Assembly (NCBI GenBank): GCA_951406725.2
Contig: OX597833.1
Location: 38,750,001 to 38,814,000 of the forward strand
Reading direction: 5' to 3'
Source of the DNA: Octopus vulgaris
Taxonomy: Eukaryota
DNA length: 64,000 nucleotides
The notes under the pieces were generated by a model. The model was not told the origin of the DNA and searched no databases. It saw nothing but the letters and a program-made list of their open reading frames with translations. The position numbers and the translations under genes are program-made. Shown one piece after another: positions 12,791 to 27,759 of the stretch. The number at the start of each line of letters is the position of its first letter. Positions within the stretch are counted from its first letter, which is position 1.

Positions 12791-15700
12791 TGTATGTGTT
12801 TTACATGTGTGTGTGTGTGTGTGTTTTGATAGAGATAAGGTGCACTTTCCACAAAATTCTTACAATAGTTTAGCAATAATGAATTAAAAGAGAATAACAG
12901 ACAAGCGATGATTTAGTTTTAAGATATGAAGAACTACAGAAAAGAGACCATAGAATAAAGAACCACACATTCTTCTTTTTGAAACGGTACAATTTGCATG
13001 CTGTCTCCAGAACAAATGCCATCATATATACATCTAAAAAGACTGTAAGGAATCTTTGGAATGTAGGTGGGGGGGGGGGGGAGAGAAGGAACCTATCACA
13101 TGGGGCATTCACTTGTAGAATCCTGGCTTTGACAATCAATACTAATTAAACAGACTGGATGCATTCAAATCAGAATGTTTAGAAGACACAATACTAATTA
13201 AAGATCTTCCCTGGAATTTAGTTTCTTCACCAGGCAACCCACACCGACGTCTTGCCAACTCCTCAATCTAATAAGAATCTACTTTTGTAACATGTTTCCT
13301 CATTGATCTAATTAAACAAGAAAGTATGTCATGTGATTTTGGATTTTAAATCCAATAAAAATGTGTATGCACACACACACATGCATGCACGTACAAATGC
13401 ATATGCACACATATACAAGCATGCATATAAATATATGTGTGTATATTGTTAAACATAAATATGTTGACTCTTATCAATTCCAATAGGGATGATGAAGCTC
13501 AAATTAGTTTCTTCACCTAAGTAACTGTCATATGAAAAGAAGGGATGTGTGGTATAATTTCTTTTTTTATTTATTATTATTTGTTTGTGTGCAACTACCT
13601 GAGCGAAGTAAAAGCATTCATAATGTGCCTCTTAATTAACATTTTAAATTCATCAAAGACTTTTGAATCAGAAGTAACCTGGCAACCTGACACTAATAAG
13701 GAGACAAGATAACTAAATTGATAAAATATTAGCCTACTAGCTTATGATGATGATGATGATATGCGATAAATCAGATATCTATAATTAGTCCTGCATCTCA
13801 TCTCAATGCCTATTTAATAGAATAAGGTACCAGTAATTGTTAGGATGTTACTAGTGATAGACTGAATACTGGCACAAAGCCACTTCCCTCAATACTACTC
13901 CCCGTCCCAGTTGAAGGGTCTTTATCTTGCAAATTATTTGGTGACTCAGCTGGTGCTACCTCAAAAACACAGTACACTCTGTAAAGTGATTGATATTAGG
14001 AAGGGCATCCAGCTGTAGAGATAATGCTGAAGCAGACAATAGGGCTTAATGCAGTCCTCTGGCTTGCCAATTCTTGATAAACCAGTCAAACCCATGACAG
14101 CATGGAAAATGGCTACATAGTAATGATGATGGCAATATCAATATTCCTTTGATCAACACTACTGAATTTAGGGCCCAGTTCTGGTTTTACAAGACCTATG
14201 GCCTCTACAGACATTTACATGTATATTAGTTGGTAGCCTAGTGTAGCTTGGTCTAATTCTATAGACATAACCAGCAATAAAACACCTGAAAGCAATCCGA
14301 GATCAGTGCAATGAAAATGTAAGGTAGATATAATTATTAAAAGAAACATTTTGTTTCTAAGACAACGCATCTTAGAGACATTTTGGATACATGACAGTTT
14401 AGAGGTAAGAGAGCAACCATTCAAGGTCGTTCATGTTCTCTCTTCATTTTACAACAACAGCAACCAGAGTTAACCATTAACGACGTCATTCTAAGTGACG
14501 CCAATATCATTATGTTTGAGTTATTTCATATCAGAATATTCTCATCTCCCTTCTCCTACCTAAATATCCTGCAGCCATTAGTGGAAGGAACTAAAAGTCT
14601 AATGTTCTTTAACTTAGCTAGCAAAGCAATCCTGTTTGTTGACTCACCCTCACTCACCAACAGTGTCAACAGCTGCAGGTTGTACATAATGAGAGAGAAC
14701 ATTGCAGGAAAGATAAATTGCAGAAGTGTGTGTGAATAGGTGTTTTAGTAGAAGAGACATCAAACAGTGAAAGGTGACTGACATATGGGGAGAATGGAAA
14801 AATAGTTGGGGAGTAGTTTGAGATAGTAGTAATCATAGTAATGCTATTAACAGCAAAATAAAACAAGATCAAAGGGCTAGTACATGTAAATAGTGCTTGA
14901 AGGGGAAAGGTCATCAAGGAAATGGTACTTTCAAATCAACTTGATAATGACTTAACCCAGTCAGATATTATGTGTCTCAGTGAGAATGGTTACAGGGTTA
15001 TTAAAGAAAAAGAGCAATTTATACGGGTAACTTTACATTAAGGAGTGGAATATACAATTTCCTAATTCAGACCGTCTCATGGTCCCAGCAGACAAAATGG
15101 AAAATATGTTGCCCTGGAGGATGGTAAAGGAGATGTGCTGGAACAACTACTCTGGCCCACGGGGCTCGAACTCGCAGATAACCATCTCTGCCCCAATAGC
15201 ATTGAGTAGGGTATTGTTCAGGAGCCAAGAATACCAGAGGTCTCCTGTGTGGGTTCTTACTTAGCCTTTTTCATTCCCAGCCCATCTTGAGATGCTTCTG
15301 GTCCTAATGATATTAATTCATCAATCCACCTGAAACTACCACTGTTAAACTTTACATTTCAAATAAATATTTTAACTGAAATCTCATCATTAAATAAATA
15401 CTGATGTTTAGTAACCCACCTAGAGCTGACTGAGCATGGTGTATCTAACACTACAATGTGCAATGTGGTCTTCCTTTACTTTTTATACAGTAGAGTAGGA
15501 GCTGAGGTTTGGTCACTATTTCTAGCATAGCAGACAACCAACCACATAGAGGCTTCCCCACTGAATATGTTGAGTTGCGTTTCTAACATTAGCTGAATAC
15601 AGCAATAAAAAGAAAATGTTAAAAAAAAAAATAGCATTTAAGTTTTTCTCTCATTAAATTCTTGATTGTTTAAAAGTCAACTGAAAGACTCTCATTAAAA

Positions 15701-16672
15701 ATAAGGGCTACAATAAAATTAAATTAGTTGAATATTTAGAAACATTTATAACTATCAGTTGAGCAGCTAACGGCAACCCAGTGGATGGTAGTAATAACCA
15801 AAGTATAGAATTTCAAACTGAATGATATACAGTTAAAATGGAGACAACATAATATATTAAGTCAAGCACATTTGTAACTGTTTTAAAGAGCAGTAAAGTT
15901 CTTAGTGTTAATGACAGTTTATTTGCAAGAAAAGCAAGGGAGAAAACTCTAAAACTTTAAATGGAAACTAGTGGAGAGTGAGTGTGAACCTTGTTTAGCA
16001 CAGTGACAACTCCAGATATGTTTCAAACTATTATACTTTTGTTGTCAAGTTCAAATCTCATTGGGGTTGACTTCTCTAAGATGCCAATATGTAAAAGTGC
16101 AATAAGGAGCTTGATAAAATATAGGCTGTCTTACATGTCCAAGACAACAATGTGAGAGGTAGAGAGTGAAATGTTTTGCAATGTGAAGCTATCATAAGCA
16201 GGAAGGAAACTGACAGGCAAAACCAATATATTTCACCAGAAAGATGATGGTAAGCTTTTAGAAAATCTACAAGTCAATTTTCATTCTCAATTGAAGCCAA
16301 TTCACATAACTAATGTTATTAATGTCTTTTGTAAAGATTAATAGTGCAACTTACTATCCTCCTTTCTCTCTAAAATATAGATCCATGACAACCACAAAGT
16401 TTCAGTCTAAAATCTATTAATTCTTTTACTTCCCTAACTCTTTCAAAAAGAAATTCCTTAATAAACTAATTCAACAGACCAACTTAAGATATTGAGCTCT
16501 ATGGTGACATTAATGTTCATCATTATCTTCAATGGTTTATGTCTGTTTTCCCAGGATGGCATGTATTTCAGAGTGGTTCACCACCAGTTGTGGACCTACA
16601 TCTTGTCACCAACCAAGGGTGTTTATTACCTACTACACACAACAAAGAAAAGCTGCTCAATATTACTGTTGT

Positions 16673-16845
16673 GGTGAGCTGGCAGGATTGTTAGCACACC
16701 TGACAAAAAGCTTAGCAACATTTCGTCAATATTGATGTTCCAAGTTCAAATTCTGTCAAGGTCAACTTTGCCTTTCATCCTTCTGAGGTCAATAAAATAA
16801 GTACCAGCTGAGCAGCACTGGGCTCAATGTAATCAACTTATACCC
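16673..16845 (+). mobile_element. Old family A SINE
   Basis: ggtgagctggcagg...gttcaaattc...gcctttcatccttctgaggtcaataaaataagtacc. Confidence 0.75.
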
Positions 16846-17367
16846 TGTACTCAGTACATGTGTAGCAACATTTTTATAATGCATGACTAGCTTTGAGTTT
16901 ACATATGGGGTAGCATGCATGAGAGGAATGCTGCATGAGAAAGAAACTAAATATATCTATAGTCAAAAATATGTGTCTATAAATATAAAGAGAAAGTGTG
17001 TTAAATGTATTGGTTGGAGATGATGATGAGATGGAGAGAAGAAACACATAAAGCAGAATAATGGATGGGATTATAGAGCTATGGGTGGTTATGCAGACAG
17101 CTATTTTATGCTTCATGGTCTCATAGAAACTGAATAAATTCAAAATGCCTATGGTAAAATATATATAAGTTTGTGTGCATGCACATAGTAAAGCCAAACA
17201 TTGCTATTTGCCAATGATTAAGAGTACAGTACTCAATACAAGTTGTAAAATATAAATTTATTTAAACTGAATTAATTCCCCTCTTGCAGCTTGAATATGA
17301 TTACCACAGCAGTCATTCTTGCTTGGCAATCACTGAGGCATCACAATTCGCAAGAAAGGAATTCAGG

Positions 17368-17578
17368 TTAACTCTTTAGTACCTGAAACCAGCAATATGC
17401 GGCCCAAACAATCTATCTGTTTTAGGTTCAAACTGGCCAGATCTGGCCTTTCACACCTATCTGCCAATGTTATTCTAAAGATATACAATAATGTCATCAA
17501 AATCTCAAGATTTATTCAATACAATGTAAATAAATAGGCATTACACTTGATAGAGTAATCTGAATGCTAAAAGATTAA
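17368..17578. mobile_element. TTAA MITE, family 1
   Basis: TTAA ends; homologous to 2229-2456. Confidence 0.75.
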
Positions 17579-17672
17579 AGCAGTGTGTGTGCGTGCGTGC
17601 ACATGTGTTTGCATACTGTCTATGGTTCAATTTATATTACTACATTAACATTATATGGTAAGTTAAAGTAAC

Positions 17673-17873
17673 AAGCTAGCAGAATCGTTAGTACACCTAA
17701 CAAAATCTCATCCATCTTTACCCTTTGAGTTGAAATTCTGCTGAGATTGACTTTGCCTTTCATCCTTTCCAGAGTCAATGAAATAAGTACCAGTTGAATA
17801 CTGGGGTCAATGTAATGGACTAACTCCTTCTCCATTCCCATCAAAATTTCAGGCCTTGTGCTTATAGTAGAAA
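17673..17873 (+). mobile_element. Old family A SINE
   Basis: aagctagcagaatcgttag...gcctttcatcctttcc...ctggggtcaatgtaatggac...aggccttgtgc. Confidence 0.75.
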
Positions 17874-18081
17874 GGAAAAGGAGTATGTGGTAAGTCATCA
17901 ACATACATCATTAAAGAAACCAGGTATATGTGTATGGTGCTAAGAAGGGCATCCAGCTGTAGAACCGTGCCATATCAAATTGGAATCTGGTGCAGTTCCG
18001 CTAGCTTGCCAGCTCCGGTCACACCATCCAATCCATGCCAGCATGGACAACAGACATATGATGGTGATAATGACGACAACA

Positions 18082-18114
<33 letters not shown>

Positions 18115-19318
18115 TGCACACAATGTGTTCAGGTTTAGAGCTGTAGATATAACATTGCACAGCCAGAAAAGAACACATCTCCATAATTAAGCCATATGAA
18201 GTATCTGAAGTTAGGTGTACAAGGAGGTGGTCACCTCACAAGCTACACAAGGACTGTCTGAATATTTGGAAAATAATGAGAACAGAACTCACTCCAACAT
18301 TGCCAAAACAGCAACCCACAACAAGTCATTGTATAAATACTTCTATTAGGGAATACAAAATTACACTGCGCAGTAGAAAAAAAAAGCCTATGTTAAACTG
18401 AAGGGAAAATAGAGAAGTTAGAAATATAGAAGATCAAAGAATATACAGCCTCAGCAAAAATCATTTCCACTGAAATACAGAAAAGTACCTTTTAAAAAAA
18501 ATTCCATTTGAGAATGGTTTTGCCAAAATATAGATAACTACATTAAAAAAAAAAAGAAAAAATTCACTTCAAAACAGCTACATCAATAATAAGCTTTTCT
18601 GATGGTAAAAAAAAACAATACAAAACAAAACAAAAAACAATGACAATAGTACACCAAAATTACTAAATAAAATAACCAAAAAGAATCTGATAGAAGAACC
18701 TATTTCCTACCCAAGAAAATTGCACTTAAAATGGTTATAGTAAAGAAGAAAAAAATACACCCATAGTCAGTTACTAAATCATTGCCAAGTGGCAATAGCT
18801 CTGTGACTATAACAGAATAGATCCTTTATTACATGAAGAAAACATCAACAAAATAAAAAAAAAATCTTTGCAACCTTCCTCTTATATATATGTATATACA
18901 TAAAAATATATATGTATTTAATACAATGTACACACCTGTTTGTGTGTCTGTGAGTTTGTGTTTTGTGTGTGCATCATGCACGTGTCTGATTTTGTGTATA
19001 CATATGATGGTGGCATATTCCTTCCATTCCATCCTGCAGCAACGGCACAATAAATATACAATAGTAGAATATCTACTGAATAAAAGATCCATGAATTGGG
19101 TGCTGATTGCATTTCGTCTGTATGGACATTGCAATTCTTGTAGACATAAACTGCCTTATAAAGTTCAGATGACAAAAAGTGTTACTAGTATGATGCATAG
19201 GTATCATGCAAATATAGCTATTTTGGTATGTATACTAGTATAACATGGTATAACTGTTATGATAATTTGGCTATAACTGAGGTACCTGAAGTAAAGATAC
19301 ACTACATATGACTCATGA

Positions 19319-19485
19319 AAGAACTACATCAGTACCATAGCTATAGAAAGAACTATATTGGTACCCTAAATATAAAAAGAACTATGTTGGTACCCTAGCT
19401 ATAAAAAGAACTATGTCAGTACCCTAGCTATAAAAAGATCTATGTTGGTACCTTATCTATAAAAATAACTATGTTGGTATACTAG
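19319..19485 (+). repeat. 29-bp minisatellite, about 6 copies
   Basis: Unit ~gaactatgttggtaccctagctataaaaa starting at 19321, 19350, 19379, 19408, 19437 and 19466. Confidence 0.9.
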
Positions 19486-20171
19486 TTCTAGCCATCATCT
19501 TAAGATAAAATAATAATAAAGACTAGTTAGTCAGATGTCATAAAATTTGCAACCCACATTTTTTAGAACTACAATATTACAATATAAAACCACACACACA
19601 TACACACAAAATGTATTTCTTTGAAGGTGATGATTCACTGCAGCAATACTCATCCTTTCGGACCCTAGTGCATAAATTTGGGCAAAAAAAAAAAAAGAAT
19701 GCACAAGTGTGGGGAACTGAAATGGAGTGTTGCATCAATTTCAAGTAAATACATAAGCTCTATTACATATACATGCAGACACTCACACACACTGATATGA
19801 TACTTGTTTCAGTTACTGGACAGTCGTCTTGCTGAGGCCATGGCATTGAAGGCTGGGTTCTTGCTCATTTTTACACCCATTTTTCCAAGCTAGCATGGGT
19901 TGAACAAATAAATTTTTGCAACATTTTCAATGCCAACAGACCTTCCTGCCTCTAAAATTTAACTGGTTTTCAAGCAAGAGATCTCTTCTTCCTCAGTTAT
20001 TTGAATACACACACACGCATATGTATACATTTATATATTTACATAGACATACAGTTATATCTGTGTGTGTACACATACCTACACACACACACACACATAC
20101 ATATATGTTTGCTGGGGTCAGGTGGAGTTTTATGAGGCAGATTTTCTTCTCTTGGATGCCCAAACCTGTTT

Positions 20172-20399
20172 TTAACCCTTTCGTTACTATATTTATTTTG
20201 AGATGCTCTGTATTTCTTTCAATTACTTTAAATATAACAAAGAATTTAGTAAAATAACTTAGTTATCATTCAGCTAGTGTTGGGAACATAAATTGTGACT
20301 AAGATTTAGTGGAAGATTTTAATTTAAAACTTATGAAAACAGGACATTTGTACTCAGAGCCAGAGTCGGTTTTAGCCGGGTTGGTAATGAAAGGGTTAA
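20172..20399. mobile_element. TTAA-flanked piggyBac-type MITE, family 2
   Basis: ttaa-ccctttcgttac ... gtaatgaaaggg-ttaa; related copies at 22784 (inverted) and 61177. Confidence 0.85.
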
Positions 20400-20531
20400 G
20401 CAAAGTAACATTTCCCTATGGTTAGACGTTCTCGCAAAATATTGGAACTGAAAAACACTGCTTGTATGACAGTGACACTCATCTACGAAATATCACGCAA
20501 AGCTAACCAAAGAAACACAAACATCTATGCA

Positions 20532-20567
<36 letters not shown>

Positions 20568-21715
20568 TGAGGGGCTAAATCCAATGACAAACTTCTGGTC
20601 ACCCTGGGGCCATAGTTGAAGACACATGGACTGAACCCAAAACCATGTTAAGGAGTAAACTGCTTAATCATACAACCAGACCTATGCCTGTATACATACA
20701 CACACATAAATATCTAATCTATCTACACACACACACATGACTATGTGTAATCCTTTCAAGAAATGCAAATATAAATATTACTATATTATACATTCAGCAT
20801 TCTCAGGAGTGTACACATCTGTTTGACCATCTATGTATATCCATAGGCAATATACATAAACATGTATAGAAAACTATATAAGCACATGTACTTGTATGTG
20901 TGTGTGTATGTGTGTATCTATGACAAATAACATCAGCTATATTACTTCGTTTTTCTCTCTTTTCTCCAGAAATAGACAATCACACAAACACACATATATA
21001 TGCAATTTTGGATATTAGATGGATAAAGTATAAATAAATAGAGAGAAAAATCACCAATGGTTGCTTCACATTTGAATTGAATATACACAAATGTGTTCTT
21101 TGAACAATCCTATCTCCATAATGAATTAAATCTAGAAATATGGTTTTCAGCACGAGTCAAAATGCTTTATTGAAAAATAGCAATACCCAAGAAAATGGTT
21201 TTGTTGCTATTGGTTACGGAAACAATAATAAAATGGATATTTTCAGTAAAATGTAATTAAAGTGGATAGTGACCAAGATGTTGCATCTTCCCTTTTTAAC
21301 ATTGTTGATAAGGTAAGGAAAAAAAAAAAATGACTTTTTCATTTACTAATTCCTTCAGAGATGGACATCTCAGTCAATATAAACAGTATTGGAAACTGAG
21401 GTTAAAAAAAAAAAAAGATGCCTTTTGACAACTCAGAGGTTGCTGTGATGATTTTATGTAACCCTCACCTCCTGTCACATCTCCACCTCTGCCCTATTCA
21501 AAAATCATCTCTCTCTTTCTTGCTGAAGTAGCCATGTATCTCCTTTACTGCAAGACACCTATTTCTCTCCCTCTACTCCTCATCACTTGGCACAAAAACA
21601 ACCCACCTCAATAGTGGAGTCTTATTTTGTAAGTTCTTTGGTAACCTCACTGCTGCTGGTGCCACATAAAAAAGCACCCAGCACACACACATGCACACGC
21701 ACACTTCTTATAGTC

Positions 21716-21906
21716 ATTTCTGCGGTATTTCGTCTGCCGTTACGTTCTGAGTTCAAATTCTGCCGAGGTCTACTTTGCCTTTCATTCTTTCGGGGTTGAT
21801 AAATTAAGTACCAGTTACACACTGGGGTTGATGTAATCAAATTAATTACTTTGTCCTTGTTTGTCCCCTCTATGTTTAGCCCCTTGTGGGTAATAAAAAA
21901 ATAAGA
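21716..21906 (+). mobile_element. 5'-truncated family A SINE
   Basis: Matches the 3' two-thirds of 23761-23996. Confidence 0.85.
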
Positions 21907-22092
21907 ACTAAATGGCCTATAGTTATTCAATACCTACAGAACACGCAAAGAAAAATACAAAAGTTGTAATGGTTTTAAGAGAAGGGTCCGAATGTCTGTT
22001 TGTTTGGGTTGGGAGAAATGAAACACCAACTGTAGCAACTTCCATCCACTCACGAGCACACACACAAAGAATTGGCATGTGTAGAAAATATC

Positions 22093-22319
22093 TTAATACT
22101 TTAGCATTTCACCCAACCATATCCAGTTAAAATATTCTATCTTGTTTTATGTTCACATTGACTAGATCTGGCCTCTCACACCTACCTTACAGTGTCATTT
22201 CAAAAACTAAACAATCACATCACTGAAATCTCAAAACCATAATATCATGCAAGATTAATTCAAAATATGAATAAATAAGCCTTACATTTGACAGAGTAAT
22301 CTGAATGCTAATGGGTTAT
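22093..22319. mobile_element. TTAA MITE, family 1
   Basis: Homologous to 2229-2456; ends ...gagtaatctgaatgctaatgggtta. Confidence 0.75.
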
Positions 22320-22783
22320 GCTGAGCTTACGGTTGCCAGATAATCATATACACATATAAGGCCAAAGATTTTGAGAAGACTTCCTCAATCTTTTAAATAT
22401 ACCTTACTAATTTATCTAGTATCCGTTTTCTTTTTTATTTATTAACCTCAAAAGGGTGTCAAACCAAAACCATGTTTGATCCCAGAGGAATCTGAAAGGA
22501 GATTGTGAATGTGAAAAGACTAATTAAACACCACGTGGAATTAATGTTCCTGTTCGCTAAGCTGACTTTGTCAATTAATGCTAGTACTAGACTAATAGTT
22601 ACTTACATTGGCCTCAGTCCAAAGATAATACACAAAGTTGACATAGGTAGGATTTGAACTCAAGACCATTAAATGACTAAACTAAAGACCATAAACAGCT
22701 TTGACAATTCTACCAATCCATCTTTTACATACCTAATGATTTTTAACATCAGCACAAATTCCTAAGTTTTTTTTGCGAGTGAT

Positions 22784-23004
22784 TTAACCCTTTTGATACC
22801 AGCCTGCTTGAGACTGCTCTTTCTTCTAGGATATAAATTTCCACTTTTACAATGATCTAGATTAAAACTAATCAAAATTCCATATTAATTTTTGTTCTAA
22901 AAACCAGCTTAATGGTGATGAGATTAATTTACTAAATTCATTTTCAAAATTCACAGAGGTAAAGGTAGTATATTTCAGCTGAAATACAGTAACATAAAAG
23001 TTAA
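22784..23004. mobile_element. TTAA MITE, family 2 (opposite orientation)
   Basis: ttaacccttttgatacc ... gtaacataaaagttaa; reverse complement resembles the 20172 and 61177 copies. Confidence 0.7.
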
Positions 23005-23760
23005 ATGGTTCAATTGAGCATATAATATTTATTTTATGAACAAGAGCTGGAGGGAATTAAGTAATGAAGAAAAGAATAAAAGCTCACACAAGTTACCTAT
23101 TTCCTAGGAATGGTGGTTATTAGATTTCTCTATCACTTTGTAGTATTCCTATATAAGTGATAACAGAAAGTGCACAAGACACACCACCTATGTTAGAAGT
23201 ACGCAGAGTCCATAATAATTGGATGTAGGTATAGAAAGCTAATTCCTCAAATAATAAAATAACATATTTTACACACACACTATGCATATAACACACATAA
23301 AATATATATTTCATATAAGGAAAAAGACATGGTAAAACATTAGCTACATGAAAAAGCCATCACCACCTGTCTAACTTCATTAAGAGAAGTTAATTGAATA
23401 TATGATAAAGTGTTAAATATAGGAGGTTTTTCTGGTGCATTCCATGTCTGCTTCTTAATCCCTTTGTTTTACAGTAGATTACAGGGACCAGGCCAACTAT
23501 ACACAATCTGGATATATATCTATATCTATCTATCTATCTATATATATATATTTAATCTTTTACATGTTTATATATATAAATACAATATCTATACACTTTT
23601 ACACACACATATATATACACTTTTATATGTATAAATGTAAATATATAGATGTCAACATTCATACATACATGACTCTTGGATCCTGCCAATATGGAAGATG
23701 AACACTAAATGATGATGATATATGCATGTACATATATCATCATCATTATATATGTACACA

Positions 23761-23996
23761 GGGCGGCAAGCTGGCAGAATCATTAGCACGCTGGGTGAAA
23801 TGCTTAGCAGTATTTCATCTGCTGCTACGTTCTGAGTTCAAATTCCGCCATGGTCGACTTTGCCTTTCATCCTTTCAGGGTCGATAAATTAAGTACCAGA
23901 TACGCACTGGGGTCGATGTAATCGACTTAATATCCCTTTGCCTGTCCTTGTTTGTTCCCTCTATGTTTAGCCCCTTGTGGGCAATAAAGAAATAAG
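23761..23996 (+). mobile_element. Full-length tRNA-derived SINE, family A
   Basis: Head GGCGGCAAGCTGGCAGAAT, B box GAGTTCAAATTCC, body gcctttcatcctttcagggtcgataaattaagtacc, tail ...gcaataaagaaataa; multiple copies in the window. Confidence 0.9.
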
Positions 23997-26619
23997 ATAT
24001 ATGCATGTACATGCATATATTTGCAAATACATACGTACATACATACATATTCATGCACACACATACACACTAACAAACGCATATAATCATTACAAAAACA
24101 TAGTACATGCTTGTGTTGGTTGTATGCATGCATTCTAGAAGTATGTTGATATATATCTAGATACTGTCTTTGTGTATGTATGTTTAGTTCATATTTTACA
24201 CTTATGTTATTATCAACCCCACTAGAAGTTAGGCAGGGGTATTGGTATCTTCATGTAGCTAATGTTTTACTGGTTTTTTTTATAGTTACCACCAAGAATT
24301 AAGACCATGTGGAAATGTTCATTAAGGATGGTCTTTATGTCAGCGATTATTTCAGAAACAGGTACAACCGTAAGTTTTTGGAAGGAGGCTACAGTCATTT
24401 TAATCGACCTTGGGCTTGAGTGGTAATTATTTTACCAACTCCTGAAGGAGGAAAGAACAAAGGGAGCCAGCTTTGGTAGGATTTGAACTCAGAACAATAA
24501 ATATTGCAAAGCATGTTGCCCAACTTTCTATTGTATCCTTCTGATTCCTAACATTTTAAAAACAGTAACAACAAAGGCTTTTGTCCAAATCCTCAGTCTG
24601 TGAGTAGAAGCATGAAACACTTTCAAAATAACAGACAATAATCATGATATGATCCAAAATAAACCCTATAGGAATAATATTAAACGATTCGATCAATCAT
24701 TGCAGTGTTGGGTTTAGGCCACAGGGCAATGCTGAAATTGATGTAAAATCACTTTTACATATTTGTAATGGGTGATATATATGAAGCAATTACAGATGGT
24801 GTATAATATATGAAGCATATATCTGATATTATACTGTCACACCTTAAGACAAGTGACTGATCATGAATCACACACTAGTCTTCACGATAGATCTGTTAAT
24901 ACTGTGTTAACAACTGCCATGAGTAGACCAGACATTATTATCAAACATTAAGGGAAACTAAAAAGTTAGCTGTCATAATACCAACAAATAAAATCCAGAA
25001 AACAGAGCGAATACAGGGACTTGAAATCAGACAAATTGCTAATGTGAGCCTCAATGTTGGTGCTGTCACATTAGACTTTGAAAGGAAGGTTCTCCTCTGT
25101 GCAAATTTCAGTGTAATAATACTGAACACAGAGTCTAAACTAAAAACAACAATCTGGAATAATTTCAGGGTGGGAGCAACAAGTGTAAAATGTACAAAAA
25201 GCTGTCTTGTTACCTAAAATAGAAGTATTACTCTCGATTTAATGGAGCAGCCAACCCTAAGCTGTTTCTGTTGAGATGTACAACCAAAACCATTGACCTA
25301 TAAAGAGGTCATAATAATGATTATTTTTATATTGTTACAAGATCAGAGAAATAGCAAATGATATCAGAGTATGACAGGAACTCATTTTGTCTACCCCAGG
25401 AACTGGACAAAATACTCTAAAGACATTTAATCCAGTGATCTACATTAAATCAATATGCTTGTTTGTTTATACACATCAAACAAAAATATTTGTTCCACGG
25501 TAGATGAAACCCAGGAAGACATCTCATCCATGCCTCCTTCCCCTGAGACACCAACAACGAGCTAGAAACCACATCCTCAAACAGAGTTAAGTTAATGTTG
25601 TAAATTTGTTTCTTGAAAACATTAGGAGTACTTGGAAATGAGATGTTATGTAAATCATGCCTTTCCTACTTTGGTTGTTATAGTCATCTCCTGTATTTTA
25701 CCAGCTTTGGAAGAATGAAAGCCAAAACTGACCTCAATAGTATTTGGAATCTGAGTGAAAAGAGCTAGAAAACAAATGCAGCCAACTAAAATTTTTCCAT
25801 AAATATGTCCCCCCACCCATAAATATGGTAGCAGAAAACAGAAGGCCAGTTAAAGAGAACTGTAAGTGTCTGTAGCGGTATCAAATATATCCACTTTCTA
25901 ATGTACCACTAGTGGGACCGACTACCTACCTATTTTCCTAACTATATTGTATTGGGTCAATAATGTGATGGGGGAGAGGAATGTCATTAAACGGGAGACA
26001 AGATGTGGTTGCCTGACCTACATCAAAGAGGAGCTAAATCTCTCTCAAATCACACATACCATCTTAATTAACTAACCCCTTCACTGCAGAAATCCAATAT
26101 ATCCACTCCAAAAACTTCCTTTACTCTTAACTATGGAAAGAAGTTTAATATACAAATCTATCTTTTGTTGAGGAATGTCATATTTGAAATTATTTTCTGT
26201 TGAGATATATCAAGAATATTGATGCATTGTGACTCACAGAAAATACCAATTCTATTTTCTGGTAGATATTTAACAAAATTGTTGGAATGACCATGAAATT
26301 TAATTTCGCAGTTAGGAAGAATTACATTAGACAATGTGATCCTACATATACATTAAAAGAATGGCTTGTCACAGATGGAATGACTAATCCCACCGTTTAG
26401 AAATAAAAGGCATACTGAATAATTTTTGTTGAATACACAAAAAGACAGGACTGTCAAGATTGGAATACTTAGATCACGGTTTTAACCTTAGGACATTTCT
26501 CTAAGATGCGAAATGCTAAACAACAAAATCATTATAAAGTACAAAATAGATAAAGAAGGTATTATGTGACTTTGTTGAAGGCATTATTATTATTATTATC
26601 ATTATTATTTTGATTTCAA

Positions 26620-27085
26620 AACCCGTCAAGGTTAACTTTGCCTTTCATCTTTTCAGGGTTGATAAATTAAGTACCAGTGAAATACAGGGGTCAATGTAAT
26701 CGACTGGTCCCCTCACCCAAAATTTTAGGCCTTGTGCTTGTAGTAGAAAGGATTATTATTATTATTATTATTAAGGTGACCAGCTGGCAGAATTGTTAGC
26801 ATGCCAAGCAAAATACTTAATACCCGCTTCCTTGAAATTATTGGCCTTGTAACCAAATTTGAAATCATCATCATCTTCAATATTATTATTTGATTGGTAG
26901 CATCATAAGTGTTGGGAAAAAATACCTTGCAGTATTTCTTTTAGTTCTTTATGTTCTAGTTCAAATTCTGCCGGGGTCAAATTTACCTTTTATCCCTCTG
27001 GGGTCAATAAAATAAAGTATCAACCAAGTGCTGGGTTTCATTGTAATAAGTAAACCCCACCCTTCAAAGAAATTGCCTGCCTTGT
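26620..27085 (+). mobile_element. Tandem stack of old family A SINE fragments separated by (ATT)n
   Basis: Three successive partial matches to the family A head, body or tail. Confidence 0.7.
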
Positions 27086-27759
27086 AGATAAACCAGCAGT
27101 ATTACTCTTCATTAAATTGACAACCAAATTTCAATACGGTTGATATTGATAATGTTACCTAGAAAGGCATGAACAACACAGTTTCATCCACTCTTCTCTT
27201 TAAAGTTCTGGTCTCAAACTTGAAACTATTTTATTTCAGTTATTGAACTGTGGTCATGCCAAGGTACACACTTCAAGAGAATCAATTCCAGTATTTATCT
27301 TATAAGCCGTCTCTATTGAATAGCTACATTACCGTTAAACATCAAAAAGGATGCAGCATGTAAGAAATCTATGATTATTTTTAAATACTGAAATAAATGT
27401 GTAACACTATTTCAATTATTAATATTGCTATTGCTGAATATTCATACCAACATCAATGAAATAACGAACATGTTCATTATATACCTGCAGCTAAAGTTAT
27501 TATAGATAATCTAAATCTACCTCGTACAATTTATGTCACCTGTGTCTTTATTTAGAAAAGACATTAAACTTCAACATACATACAGGTACACAATTCAGTA
27601 TCTGTTTAATTTTTAATGAAACTACCATGGGTCGCTGAAGACCGCATCTTTAGGTCAATACATGACCCATTCTGGGTCAATAACATTACAGCTATTAATT
27701 AAATTCATCACTGCTTAACTATCTTTTAACTGTAGTTGTTAGACATTTAGGAATGGGTG

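Noticed and set aside
15079-15264. GC-richer ORF-like stretch
   Set aside because: No recognisable protein in the frames I read and no convincing splice boundaries.
26068-26320. Possible old TTAA MITE
   Set aside because: The terminal inverted match is too degenerate and there is no second copy in the window.
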